Positions 12,562 to 25,778 are shown, counted from the first letter of the whole stretch. The stretch is DNA of 62,383 nucleotides, filler included, from Choristocarpus tenellus KU-1152 (GCA_964200185.2; 10 parts of 10 records of this genome joined end to end with filler, not necessarily neighbours in it); one strand, 5' to 3'. Program-made: numbers and translations. The notes: generated from the letters alone by a model not told the origin.

Positions 12562-14026
12562 GATTATGCTAGAGCAAAGTTGTGTGCTAGTCGGTGCTCA
12601 TGCGTGCGCAAGAGACTAGACACCCTCCTGCAAGGGCGATCTATCAGAGTGTCTTCCAAGGGAAGGGGTCGAGGTCTGGATGTCCTCCCTCCAGCACCAT
12701 ATCTAGTCGTCGCCTTAGGGTCCGTCCCCCTTCTGAACCTGTTGGTGAAGTTTCTGATCCTGAAGGAAGTGGATATGTTGGTGGGAATGTCTTTGGCAAT
12801 GGTAAGCTGGAAGGCTTGGGGAAAGGGCTGGGCCGACTCAGGCTCCAGCAGTCACCCTTCGTTGGGGTGGAAGGCACGGAGGATCGAGACGAGGTCTTCT
12901 TGGAGGGAGTTTTCAATTGCAAACAAGACGACGACAGGACTGACAATCCACGTGAGTTATGCATGGAAAAATCTACTGGCGTTGGGCCTAGTGACAATGA
13001 TCCTAGCATTGAGGATAAGACATCGATACCAGACAGGCTCGCATTTCGACTCACCAAACTCGAGGCGAAACTTTCTAGTGGCACCAGGAAGTCATCGCCG
13101 CAGAGGACAGGAAAGATAGCGCGAGAGAGTGATGCACAGGTGAGAGATGCCTCCATAGATCGAGCGTTGCCTACTGTCAAGGATTCCTTACCATTAGTTA
13201 AGAAAGTGTTGCCACCGTTCTCAAGACAAACCAAGCACGAGTATCTTACAGTGGGGCTCGCAGGTAACGATGCGCTGCTGCCAAGTGCTAATTGCCAACT
13301 GCCAAGCTCTCCCTAAACATGTTGAAGCAATGGGAACTATAACATCATCTGCCTTGCTTTGGAAGTTGAAGTAACCGTTCCATCACGTTGCAATTGTATG
13401 CGTGTGCACGATGTTACTCTGAAACTACTAATGCTTGATAGACGATTGACCTGCATCGTCCCTTGATCACATTTGTGTCTATTGTGCAGAAGACACCAAT
13501 GACTATTTCAGCCGTGCAACCATAAAAACCTTCCTTCTCTGGATGTGTGAACCTACAGCAGAGTCACAAAAGCCTGGTGGACAGTTTAAAGTCATCACCA
13601 TTTGGTCGCATCTCTGTGTCAAATAGCAGAAGATACCAATGCCCCCACCCCCCCCCCCCCCCCCCCCACCCCCCACCCCCCCCCCCCCCGCCCCCCCCCC
13701 CCCCCTCCNNNNNNNNNNAGTTTAAAGTCCCCCCCTTTTTGTCGCCTCTCTTTTACAAAAAAAAAAAAAAACCAACCCCCCCCCCCCCCCCCCCCCTTGA
13801 CAAACCCACTCTCTCTGTTGACCCCCTCACCATTCTCCACCCTGCTTACTGAGCTTGCATTGTATCCTGTTGCATGTAGAGTGCTGTTATGCATCAAGCA
13901 TTGCTTCTGGAAGAGAGGAGTTTGCAATTGGAGCAGGCAGAGCTGATGCTGAGAAGAGCCATAGATAACGAATACAGCCTTCGCCATGAGTTGGACCAAG
14001 TCAGGGAGGCGGCCGCGAGTGTTGGG
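12562..14026 (+). CDS. Fragment of an unknown spliced gene (S/G-rich exon plus coiled-coil exon)
   Basis: Long open frame 12594-13139 ends at CAG|GTGAGA. Exon 13880-14026 (TAG acceptor, GGG|GTGAG donor) encodes heptad-like SAVMHQALLLEERSLQLEQAELMLRRAIDNEYSLRHELDQVREAAA. No recognisable domain. Confidence 0.45.
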
Positions 14027-14281
14027 GTGAGGAGAGTGGTTCCTTTACACGCTATTGAGAAGAGTGTGTGCTTACTCTCAAAGGATTACTGCAGTCCATT
14101 TATGATGTATCCATTTTCAAGTGCTGTTTGGTATGAACTCAAGACGGTATTAGAGGTGGAGGTGTTTGTTTGGTATAGCGGTTACGCTGGGTTGGTTGTG
14201 GGGGAGGTGAGAGGGGAGCACAGTGAGAAGAGAGATGGTGTGGTATTATAGTGGGAAGGTGGAGTGAAGCGAGGTTCAGTG

Positions 14282-14489
14282 TAGAAAAGTTCAGGAGTCT
14301 CTTTTGTTCCACAAAAAAGTACAGTGAAGGATAATTTTTTTTTTCTCCAACAAAAAGAAGAGGTTGATGAAATGTCATAATGATTTAGAAAAGTTCAGGA
14401 GTCTCTTTTGGTTCCACGAAAAAGTACACTGAAAGATATATATTTTTTTCTTCAGCAAAAAAAAGAGAGGTCGATGAAATGTCATGATG
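14282..14489. repeat. Diverged tandem duplication, 2 x ~105 bp
   Basis: TAGAAAAGTTCAGGAGTCTCTTTTG...GATGAAATGTCAT occurs twice head-to-tail (about 14282 and 14387). Confidence 0.85.
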
Positions 14490-14577
14490 GTATAGGTAGA
14501 ATTGTTCACAACACAAGAAACTATACCTTTCACTGACATACTGCTGAACTGGTTATGTCTACATATGTTGGTTTGCG

Positions 14578-14611
<34 letters not shown>

Positions 14612-15461
14612 TTCCTTCTCTCTTCCCCTCCCCCCGCTCCCCGTCCCCNNNNNNNNNNNNNNNNNNNNNNNNNNNNNNNNNNNNNNNNNNNNTTAATTAA
14701 TTAANNNNNNNNNNNNNNNNNNNNNNNNNNNNNNNNNNNNNNNNNNNNCAAGTCCATCCTCAATGAAAAGCTCTATCCTCAATTTTTGAAATCGGCTGTT
14801 TTTTGTCGATATTTTGTAGTAGGAAGCAATTATGCTGGCCCTCTGATATAGAAACAGAAATTTAAGGTGATCCTTGTTTTTTTCCCCATCCTTCTCATCT
14901 TGTGTTAAGATTTCTATTTTTTTACACTTGCTCTCAAAGTTGGAGTCAAAGCTATACCCAACAGGGGTTGCATGGTCACACCCTCCCGGAACATCACTGA
15001 AATATATTTTTGTGCATTGATTATTTTCAGCTCTTGTATACATTCACCCTCATCGGAAAATAATACAATGATGACACCCCGAAAGCAGTGAATTCTAGTC
15101 AAGTATTGAAGGAAGAAGGACAAGATGGGGCTTTGGACTACGAACAATTGGATTGGGTTATTCACGTAGATGTGAATGGACGTATATTTTGCTTCATGAA
15201 AGGTCAACTTTATCATCTTCTCACTACTAGAACGAGGTGTTTTATGACCAGAGATAATGAAGATTAAAGCAATTTACGATTAATGTGGAGAGTGGGCGCC
15301 AATATAGATATCTATTTTTTATTATTCGTACACTATTTTTATTAATATATCTAAGAGATACTTTTCAAAAGCCATAAATTTTCGATTTTTGTGAAGGTGG
15401 GAAGACTACACATGAAAGATGGACACCAGCAGGACATCGGAGAAGAGCAATGTCACCCACT

Positions 15462-15719
15462 GAGGAAGAGTATCTTAGAGTGTACGAGTTTTGCCCTGTT
15501 CGTCCGTTGTTTGGAGCTTGGCTTCTTACGAGCTTTTTTATGGCATTTTCCTACTCCGAAATGTTTCGGAGTATGTAAAATATATACGTTTCGAAAGATG
15601 TGTCCATAACAAGGATATTTAAACCTCTTAACAAGATAGCCAAAAATTACATTAATATCGCAACATCGAATTTTGTCCCCAAATGGACGCGACTCTAACC
15701 CTCTAAGATACTTTGACTC
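15462..15719. mobile_element. MITE family A
   Basis: TIRs GAGGAAGAGTATCTTAGAG / CTCTAAGATACTTTGACTC; body matches family A. Confidence 0.85.
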
Positions 15720-17151
15720 ATATTGGAATGAATGTTGATCGAAAGGAACAAGGATTGGACCGTTCGTGTGTGGTGATGGACAGGTGTAGTGTAAGTAACT
15801 AGTGGAAATGATGGCAAAGTAAGATTTAATGTTTTGGTGAAGAATGTGTGAAGGTGGAGTGCAGATGGAAGAGTGGAGGCAAGTAGGACATCTGAAAGAG
15901 GCAATTCTATAAATGATGAAATTAATTGTTGATGGGGAAAAGTACATGATCCTTGTGTGTGTGGTAGTGGACAGGTGTAATACAATCGAGTGCAACTGAC
16001 CCCACAGCAAGTACAGACTACATGTTGTACACCATTGCAACAATTTCTCAGAATACACTAGCAGTAGTCCTACTTGCTACACGTAGACATACATACAATA
16101 TAAACGTTGAACATGAATGACAAAACGCATTCTGCATGCAATATTGAAGGTACTGACATACCGACAACACAAGAACATACACATACATCGTAGTAAGAAG
16201 CACAAAGAAAACCCAATACCATTCCAAGAATTAATCCAAGATTCGAAGTAGTACCGCAACAGTTAACGTCAGCTCTAACAAGTCGAAGTGACTTGACTTC
16301 CCTCCTGATCAGTTGGTGATATTGCCACCACTTGTCCTTTTGTTACGGTCTAGTACATATTAGAAGTAGATTGTGCTCCCTCTGGTTCGTGCACTATCCC
16401 CCTACCACATTGCTCAACACGATGCATCCTGAGGTGTTGTTGCCCATCACCTGGTTGAGGAAGGTTGGTGGGGTGTACGATTAGTGGGGGTGGCAATGGC
16501 ATCAGGTCTGAGCGCCTTTGGAAATTTTGGTGGTGTTTGGAACGTAGAAGATGGGGAAGGTGCGTTGGGGTGGCAATGGCTTCAGGTCAGGGGATTTTGG
16601 GGATGTTGGTGGTGTTTCGGATGTGTAAGGTTGAGATTGGTGAGGGGGGGTGGTGTGGCGATGGGGGTATAGGCGTCGCTAAATACCAGACTGGTGGGTG
16701 TGGTGGCAAGCATGGGCTTGGGCACAGTGGGACCGAACTTGGCTGGGGAGAACGTCATCCGGACAGGGTAGGCGCCCGCAGGCGGGAGCTGCTGATGGTC
16801 CCGCCAAATCCTTTCGGGTTCAGTCTTGACCAAGTAGAGTCGAAGGAGCCACTTATCAGAATCCTCGCCAGGTTCCATTGTGGACTGGTGCAACCGGTGG
16901 TGAACAGTATGCATCCCTTGTTCAGTGGCCGCCTCATACTTGGTGGTCAGGGTAGGCCAAGCAGAGAGGCCGCCATTGAGGTTGTTGTCATCACGCTGCT
17001 GTCGTCCATGTAGAAAGGCTTGGGTCAGTCTGCAGCAGGTGGAAAGGAGTACGCCAAACATCTGGTCGTGGCGTTCCTCAAAGGTAAAGTGACGGTGGTG
17101 GTGGAGTAGTGTTATCTTGAGTAGTGAAAGTGCAAGAATGGTGGTAGGCAA
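15720..17151 (-). mobile_element. Degenerate Ty1/Copia gag(-protease) remnant
   Basis: GGLSAWPTLTTKYEAATEQGMHTVHHRLHQSTMEPGEDSDKWLLRL resembles the Copia gag (UBN2-type) AW..L..KYE...M.PGED motif. Downstream LPLSDVLLASTL resembles the L.DVL.VP.L motif after the Copia protease. Confidence 0.55.
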
Positions 17152-17775
17152 TACAAAACCAAGTCATGTGTGTCATTCACGTGTTGAGGCTCATAACCTG
17201 TTGAAACCTGGGATTGAATGAATCGTGTTCTTGTATGGTGGCAGGTTGGTTGTGGCGAAGAGTGTGTCATAGTGCAATGAAGCACCAGTGAATTCATGGT
17301 GATGAACCTAGTGACATGATATGCATAGTCAGAGGATATTTGGTATGGTGTTGTGAGTGGTCTCTGGAGACGCCCAAACGAAGAAGTGCATGCTCTGAGT
17401 AGAGGCTTTGTACCTTGTGAACAAGGATTTTTGAGAGTGTTTTAACTCTGAATTATATTACACCCTGATGTGTAGAGGTACACCAATTGTAGAGTGAACT
17501 CGAAGTCTTAGAAGGGGGCAATGCCAACCAGAAAGAGAAAATCAAGGTATGAGACACAAGTGATGGCTCTGATGTGAAGATCAAAAGAAAAACAAAGAGA
17601 CACACTTGAATCAAATCTGAGACAAATCATATGGCAGATACTCCGCTTGTATGTTTGGCAGATGTCGACTGTTCCATACTCCTATGCATCATGATTTTCA
17701 AACAGTATTTGAATATGCTATGATGAGGCGCTGATGATGTAAGTGTGACTAACGACCAGTACCGATGTGTGAATC

Positions 17776-17847
17776 GAGTCAAAGTATCTTAGAGGGTAGA
17801 GCCGCATCCATTCTTGGGGCCAAACTCCAATGTTGCGATTTTGATGA
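17776..17847. mobile_element. MITE family A, terminal fragment
   Basis: GAGTCAAAGTATCTTAGAGGGTAGAGCCGCATCCATT...CAATGTTGCGATTTTGATG. Confidence 0.75.
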
Positions 17848-18922
17848 TTGTTCTATGTTCTAGCAGTTGACAACTGTTAAATCATAGGCTACTCATCTGT
17901 TTGTTCCTTGATACAATACAGTTCCACCAGTCAACACTGACTGTTGATTGGTCTNNNNNNNNNNNNNNNNNNNNNNNNNNNNNNNNNNNNNNNNNNNNTT
18001 AATTAATTAANNNNNNNNNNNNNNNNNNNNNNNNNNNNNNNNNNNNNNNNNNNNCAATCTCGAAGGGTTTATCACCTTTATCCTCTTTGATGATTTTGGG
18101 GATACTTTAACAATTGATGGGGCCGAGAAGACATTAACCCCTGTAGTTCTTTTGGGTGGGAAGTCGGTTCTAGTACAAGAGTCGATGGGGTTGTAAAACG
18201 AGCGAAACATGATTCTTCTAGTGTAGCATTAGCTCCACAAGCACAGTTTATTCCTCAACATTTTCAGGATAAAAATGCTTCGCATTCAATTTTTCCTTGA
18301 GGTCCAGAGCAGAGCCTTAATAATAAAAATACTTCTTCATGGTACTCTAGCGCATTATCACAATACATATCTCTTCCTTTGTGTATAAAGTCATCATCAA
18401 AACGTATACGTGTGCAAGGAAAAATTAATTCTGAACCAGCTACCTTGACCTTGGACACTGCAAGTGATACACCATGCATTTCTCACAAATTTATAGTTTC
18501 CCATCCTTCCCTCCAGAATTCCCATATTGAACCAATTCCAGCAGGTGCAATCAACCTTTGTTCTGCAGATGGCAGTGCTTTGACCATCTTGGATTTTATC
18601 AGGTTCTCTCTTCAATTAGGTGATATTACAATCCCAGTTGAAGCTTTAGTGTTACCCACTTTAGGACCTGATGATGTTCTACCTGACAACAGTATTCTTG
18701 ATGCTTTTGGAGCAACGTACGACTGGAAAACTCAAAGGTTATCATTCCAAAAGAGTACAACTGTCTTACCTTCCATTCATCGTACTACCCCTCTGTTGAT
18801 ATGTCATCCCCTCTTCAAATAGCAGCTATACAAGCAAAGGTTCCTTCGACACCATTTCGTTTGAAGGAGAAAATATCCATTCCACCAGAATCTGAAACGC
18901 TTGTTGTATCTGCTATAAGTGA

Positions 18923-19180
18923 GAGTGAAAGTATCCTTGAGGGTACGAATTTTTCCCAGTTTGTCCATTTGGGGCTTGACTTCCCACAGGTTTTTAATGG
19001 TATTTACCTTCTCCAAAATGTTTCGGAGTAGGTAAAATGTGTACGTTATGAAAAGGTTTGCCCGGAACAAGGACTTTGACATCTCCTAACAAACACGATA
19101 GCCAAAATTACATCAAAATTGCAACATTGGATTTTGGCTCCCAAGTGGACGTGGCTCTACCCTCTAAGATACTTTGGCCC
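18923..19180. mobile_element. MITE family A inserted in Gypsy pol
   Basis: TIRs GAGTGAAAGTATCC / GATACTTTGGCCC; TSD TGA; removing 18923-19183 restores ...VVSAIS-EENPPVNC in frame. Confidence 0.9.
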
Positions 19181-22100
19181 TGAGGAAAACCCCCCTGTAA
19201 ATTGTGATGCTGTTGTAGAACCACGTGTCTGTTCATTTCATGATATTGATTCATTAAATATTAATGATCCTTGGCAATTTATTGCTGTTGCTTGGACAGT
19301 TACAATGTGGGATCCTGATGATGGATCAGGGGTAGTACAAATTGCTAACATGTCCTCACAAACAGTTCATTTACCCAAGAATACTTTACTTGGTCACATC
19401 TACCCTGCAAACATAATCAACACCAAACAATCTCACACTATTTCTGCAACATCTATATCTGGACCTGATCGAGAGCGTCTTGATAATGCGTTGGAACCTG
19501 CTTTTATCAACACTACTTTCTCTTCATCTCAAAAACAAGAAACTCTGAATCTTTGTGCCAAATTCCGTTCAGTATTCTCCCTCGATACTTCTGAATTGGG
19601 AACTTGCACCATTGCAGAAGCCGATTTTCCTCTCGAACCAGGTACCAGAGCGATTAGTCGAGTACCAATCCACAAGTGAGAGGTATTATTGATAAATGTG
19701 TTGACGATTTACAAAACCAAGGATTAATTGAACCTCGTTCTAGCCCTTGGGGTTCCCCTGTCACTATTGTTGCTAAAGCAGATAGGACCCCAAGATTTTG
19801 CATTGATTATCGGAGGACTATAAATAAACAAATAATTAAACGTTCTTGGTCCATGCCTTTAGCTGAGGAACATCTTGATTCCATTGGTGCAGCAAAGTTT
19901 CTTTCTATTGCAGATGTTCAATCAGCATATCATCAGATTCCTGTGGCGGAAGCAGACATTGACAAGACTGCTTTTGTCACCCATAAAGGCAAGTTTGTAT
20001 GGAAACGACTTCCTTTTGGTTTGAGCAATGCTCCATTTATTTTTCAACGTATGATGGCTCGAGCACTATCTGATTTTGGCACGGGGTCAGGTCTGTTGTG
20101 TTACATGGATGATCTCATTCTTTGTTCGACCATTTGGTAACACCATATAACTTTGCTCGAAAAGCTTTTTAATGCCCTTCAGAATGCTGGCCTCACTTTA
20201 AAACCTTCTAAATTGAAGTTTGGTCCAGCAGAGGTTGAATACCTTGGTCATATTGTTTCTAGTGCAGGAGTACGTCTTGGAAAAGCTCGAATTCAAACCA
20301 TTGTTGACCTGCCCACTCCCCGAACGATAAAGGACATTCGTTCCATCCTTGGTATGTGCAATTTTTGTCGAAAGTTCATCCCTCATTATACAGATCTGAC
20401 AGAACCCTTTCTAAAATTTATACGTAAGGAATTCATCTCTCGTCCTTCTGGTGAAATTGGAAAAGCATGGACATCAGTTCACGATAATGCATTAGAAAAA
20501 ATAAAAATGGCATTAACATCGGCCCCCCTTTTACATTATCCAGACTTCTCAAAATCCTTTGTGGTACACGTGGATGCTTCCAACCTGGGTAGTGGTGGTT
20601 TTCTTGCTCAAAAAGCTTCAGATGACCCAACGAATTCCTCACTTCATATTGTGGCTTACTTTAGCAAGAAATTTGATGGAGCACAAAGAAATTATTCTGC
20701 TACATACAAAGAATGTTTAGTAGTAGTTCATGCCATTAACCACTGTCGTCCATATCTTTGGGGTCAACATTTTGATTTATTCACCGATCATGCGGCACTC
20801 CGTTATCTGTATTATATGCAAGACACAGATAATATGTTGACATGTTGGGCTCTTGCTCTTCAATGTTTTGACTTTACAGTCCATCATAAACCTGGCAGAG
20901 ACAATGTTGTACCTGATGCCCTTTCTCGTCTGTTTGATATTGAGATTGACCGTATGCCAAAAGTACTTTCTCCTATTTGTAGGAATATTCCGGAAACCAC
21001 TATTTCAAATGCGGTAACCCCACGTCAAGCATACGAAATATATCCAGACCGCCTTCATGAGTTAGATATAATTCAGAGTGACCGCGAAATTTTTTGTAGT
21101 TCAGTGAACATCTTTCCAACTTTAGACCACACCAAAATTCGGGACGCACAAATGAAACAATTTTCTCATTACTTTGCGGATTTAGAAACCCCTGATTCAG
21201 TGTCTTTACCTCCCCGGGAATCGAGGTATAGCATGTCATATTTTTATGTTGATGCTGACACTAACTTGCTTTACCGATCATATTTTCCAGGGCATATACA
21301 CAAACATCGTGCTTTTCGTGGTCAATTAGTAGTTCCAAAATAATTACAATCTTTGGTCTTGCATGCTTGCCATGATCATCCCGCTTCGGGGGGGTCATTT
21401 TGGTCTTTCTCATACTCTGGACAAGGTACGAGACCGATATTGGTGGCCTATGTTTCAAGAAGATGTTAGAGAGTGGTGTGAAAGATGTCAACTTTGCTAA
21501 AGACGAAAACCTCTCACAGGCGTCCTACAATGCCTCAAGGACAGATTCCTGCCACTCGACCATTTGAACGGATTGCTGTTATCTGGTACAGTATAAAACC
21601 ATTTCCCGTGGTTGCCGGTTTGTTCTTTCGGCTATTTGTCAGTTGACACGCTTTGCTTTTCTCATTCCCACTCCAGACAAACAAGAAGTGACCATTGCCA
21701 AAGTTTTGTTTGAAAGGATATTTTCAACATTTGGGGCACCCGAAATCCTTCACTCTGACCAAGGTTCGGAATTTGAAAATACACTTGTTCTGGAATTGCA
21801 GACAGTGTTTGGGTACCAAAAAACTCGAACCACACCCTACAGACCTCAGGGTAACTCTGTCTTAGAGCGTGTTCATTCTACTTTGCATCAAATGTTATCC
21901 ATGTACAGTAACATTGTAGAGAATAATTGGGCGACTGTTGTTCCATTTCTTCAATTGGCTCACAATACGGCATACAATACCATATTACAAGAAACACCTT
22001 TCTTCCTACTTTTTGAACGCCGGCCAATCTTACCGATAGATGTCATTTTTGGTCTATCTAAAACAACAGTTGCACAATCTAGTCAAGAGTTTACTCAATC

Positions 22101-23798
22101 AACAGCTGAGAATTTACAGTTAGCTTTTGAATTAGCCCGTCGCAATCTGGGAGAACGGAATGCTAAGAAAATTGCTAACAATGAAACTCTTGCTTTCCCT
22201 GTGTTTCAAGTTGGAGCTCAAGTTTTGACGCATCGTCCACATACTGATCGTGACGGACCTAATCCAAAACTGATTCATCCTTGGCGTGGACCTTTCACTG
22301 TCACCGCTAAGATTTCCCCTGTAGTTTACTGTGTTCGTAAACAGGGTGGCATCAAAGATATTTCTGTTTATTTAGCCCACTTGAAACCTTATATATACAC
22401 ACAACCACCTGAACCTGATTTTATGAAACTCAGTGAATTTTTTCTTGGCCAAACTTTACCCTTACCAGATCTGGATGATTTTTAATCCCCGGTAACCATT
22501 GGTCCTTACATTATTGAAGCGATTGTGGGACACAAGTTTGGCCGTGGATCTCGTTCACCTATGAACATAGATTATAGATTACGTCTTAAAGGCTATGACC
22601 GTGCTTCTGATGTATTCTATCGTCCACGTGATTTGCCACAATGTGCAGATATGATTGCTGCATATAGGCAACAACATTGTCTGGATACACCTCATTCCAA
22701 CATGAAACCTTCGATTGTTATCAATTCTGATCAATGAAAACGTTTCCATACTTCATTGAATTTTCTGCTGAAGGTAGTATATATATATATATTCAAATAT
22801 ATATGTGCTGCAAATTTCATTTGTATTTCAGACTATGATTTGTTGTTGTGTTGTTATATATATCTTTTGATATATATGTCACATGGATGTCTATTTGGCC
22901 ATATCAACTTTTGATAAGTTGAATTTTTTTTGTACATGTGCACCCATGTATGAACAGAGGAGACCCGAGTTCATTTATTTACAAACGACTCGTGCACACT
23001 TGTTATATATTTTTTTCTTTTTTCTTTTCGTTTCTTTTATTTTTCAGGAGGACAACTGTTTTGATGAACAGTTATTTCAGTGATGGTGTATGGCCAACTC
23101 CATCCCCGTGTTTATCCACGGTTCACAACTGAGTTTCTTTTTCTTTTCTTTTTTTCGTTTTGCTTGTTCTTTTTCTTTTCTTTTTCCTCATTTTGTTTCT
23201 AATTGATTCGAACTTTCATGTGATATGCTGTTGACTTTTATATACGCAAGTATATACTGATTGGTGCTGCAGCGATACAGCTGTAATTTGATCACGATTT
23301 CTGCGCTCCCATTGGGAGTCTCCCATTTTATTATTTTCCTCATTTGAGATGATGGTCCATGCTTTTCTATCTGTATCTCCTTGCCGGAGTTAACAGAATT
23401 TCATGGCTAGCCGTTGCCTGTGACCTTTTCTTTTTCTTGTTTAAGATTTGACCAGACGTGGTCGTATCTGATACAGCGAAATCGTGATCGTTCCATGTGC
23501 CCAGATATGTTTGATTATCTCACCACTGATCAAGGTGAAGCGGCACTGATTTGGTTGACACCAAATCCCTTAGTTGCAAGTGCTAAGTTGTGAGGCCTCA
23601 CGAAAAACACTCCTTATGCTGCATTTTTTGCTAATTTGCAGATAATTTTTTCTTGTATACACAACTGTCTTGCAAGACAGTATTTTTTTTGTTGAGAGAC
23701 TATTTCTTTTCTTTTCAGTGCTCATGTCAGTTATTCTACACATTTCCTCCACTTCCCGTTGACACCTATGTTGTTTTGATACCTGCATCAAACCACAT

Positions 23799-23813
23799 AA
23801 GGGGGGGGGGTGA
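23799..23813 (+). other. Polypurine tract of the Gypsy element, before the putative 3' LTR (TG at ~23814)
   Basis: AAGGGGGGGGGGTGA followed by TGTGAG, about 1.06 kb after the end of pol. Confidence 0.6.
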
Positions 23814-24051
23814 TGTGAGAGCCACATTCCACAGAAGGTATACCCTGAAGGTTACCTATCTTGAATATCATGTAGAAGGTATACCCTGAAGNNNNNNNNN
23901 NNNNNNNNNNNNNNNNNNNNNNNNNNNNNNNNNNNTTAATTAATTAANNNNNNNNNNNNNNNNNNNNNNNNNNNNNNNNNNNNNNNNNNNNCCCCCCTAA
24001 GATACTTTGACCAAATCCAAAATGATATTTGAGCACCTATGCCTTATGACT

Positions 24052-24054
<3 letters not shown>

Positions 24055-24092
<38 letters not shown>
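24055..24092. repeat. (TA)n microsatellite
   Basis: About 19 TA units read directly. Confidence 0.95.
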
Positions 24093-24097
<5 letters not shown>

Positions 24098-25132
24098 TAG
24101 GGATGGTCTTTTCATATTGTAACCTTTCTATGAAATAAAAACAAATATAGTGTTACAAACCACAACTATAATTTAATCGTAACCATTTTGGTGGGTTTCA
24201 TCAAGTTCGACGCCAGAATCTAAATGGAAATCTGGGTTCAAAAATATATTCAACCTAGCAAGCACAAAACAAAAATATCGGATCAAGATGAAGGTGCAAA
24301 CTTTGGGATGTTTCAAGCCGAAGATTCGGAAGGAGACAGACCTATTTTGTGTGGGAATGCTGAACTCAACACACAAGAATCAAGGTATGAATGAAGGAAG
24401 GCCGTACAATTTGTCGTAGTGCAACAATTAGTCAGTAGTTGGTATGAGAAGTAGTGTAGTGTGTGGTGCCTCTGATTACAGATTGGGATCATTTGCCATT
24501 AACTTTGATAAACGCTGAAAATAAATAAATCTTGACAAGTAGATCAGGCAGTTGACTACCTCCACTATATTCCAGGAGTACAAATAACCACATCCTAATG
24601 ACTGAAGACAGATTATTTTTCCAGGAGAATGGACTTGGATGTGGGAAGTGCATTGGGAAGGTATACTGGTAAGCTATTTAAAGGGACACCTCGAAAGATC
24701 TGGATAATTGTGGCGAAGATTCTTTGTGAAATAGTATAGTGTTGGCAGTCGCCTCCTGCATCAACCTTTGTCGTGTCATAACTTTTGATCAACAGTATTT
24801 TTTTTCATGAAAATTAGGTTGTTGTGATCGCATCAGCATGCTTAACCTTATTTAATGGGTCTGTTGGTCAGCTTACAATAATCGTGAGAAACACAGGACC
24901 ATACTTAAATCAGGTAGTCCGAGCACACGGAGCACGCGGAGGTGCCATGCAGCGTGCACTAACCGCGCATTTAAGGATGAATTTGACGCCTGATGAGGTC
25001 ATATTCGCCTGGAGAACATGGGCGTCGTTGTCTCTCCATTCCCTTTCCATTATTTCCAAGCTATGCGATGTTGTCACCTGCTGGCTAAGGCTCATTCATG
25101 GGGAACCAGGCCTCTCAACCAGACAATCCATG

Positions 25133-25445
25133 TCAAGTCAAATGAGGTATTCTGAAGGTGCAGGCCTCCTGTGAGACTTGAAGGTCTTGTATACCCTGTC
25201 CAATTTGGTGCACTTCATGCCCTTTCTTGTTGGAACATATCAGATGGTTACCAATACTCATCCTGAAGAACCTCTCCACAATTACTCTGGACAGCCCCCC
25301 TTCATCCTTAAGACTGACAGGAATGTTGGTTCTCATTCCAGGCAAGGTACAGCCACAATGACCTCGTACATAGTGCTTCGCCCGCCCCCAGATAATTTCT
25401 ATCGGGTTCAATTGACAGTGTCCTGTGAGTGGCTTAAACAGTATT
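25133..25445 (-). pseudogene. Tc1/mariner (IS630-type DDE_3) transposase C-terminal fragment
   Basis: HCQLNPIEIIWGRAKHYVRGHCGCTLPGMRTNIPVSL matches the conserved HCELNPIE..W...K.Y.R..C..T...LR..VP.AL pattern containing the catalytic E. Confidence 0.75.
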
Positions 25446-25481
25446 AAGCCGAGGTTCGCCCACGTACCGTTTTGGCGATTG

Positions 25482-25778
25482 CCACTCTTGATTTTTTTAA
25501 AAAGGTTGGCCAATGAGTTAATCAAGGATCAGCATATAAAATGAAAGCTCTGGATCTAAGCTATCACTGGCTCAAAGGATTTTTTTCGGAAAAATATGCT
25601 TGATCGTGATAAATCATTCCGGAACATTTCCAAGGTTGTGCCGAAACCGTTCGGCTAAAATTTAACCTTTACCAAAAAAATTCCTTTGCATCAGTGATAG
25701 CTTAGATCCAGAGCTTTCATTCGATATGCTCATCGTTATTTAACTCGTCGGCCAACCCTTAAAAAAAATCAAGACTGG
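25482..25778. mobile_element. Fold-back element with ~105-bp inverted arms
   Basis: 25482-~25587 pairs with ~25675-25778, e.g. ATGAAAGCTCTGGATCTAAGCTATCACTG / CAGTGATAGCTTAGATCCAGAGCTTTCAT and TCTTGATTTTTTT / AAAAAAATCAAGA. Confidence 0.8.

Larger units (their letters stand above)
18379..23891 (+). mobile_element. Ty3/Gypsy LTR retrotransposon with chromodomain: pol pseudogene, PPT and start of 3' LTR
   Basis: Domain order PR (LDTASD), RT (SPWGSPV, RFCIDYR, DKTAFVT, LPFGLSNAP, YMDD), RNase H (HVDASNLG, RNYSATYKECL, TDHAAL, DALSR), integrase Zn finger (HDHP...CERCQLC), integrase core (HSDQGSEF, TTPYRPQGNSVLER), GPF motif, and chromo-like IEAIVGHKF...YRLRLKGYD. Several stops and frameshifts. 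Purine tract AAGGGGGGGGGG at 23799-23810 is followed by TGATGT. Confidence 0.95.

Noticed and set aside
13640-13800. Poly-proline/poly-glycine ORFs from long C runs (also 14577-14648, 47126-47181, 47307-47320)
   Set aside because: The homopolymer runs sit beside gaps or contig ends and look like low-quality sequence or intronic tracts, not coding DNA.
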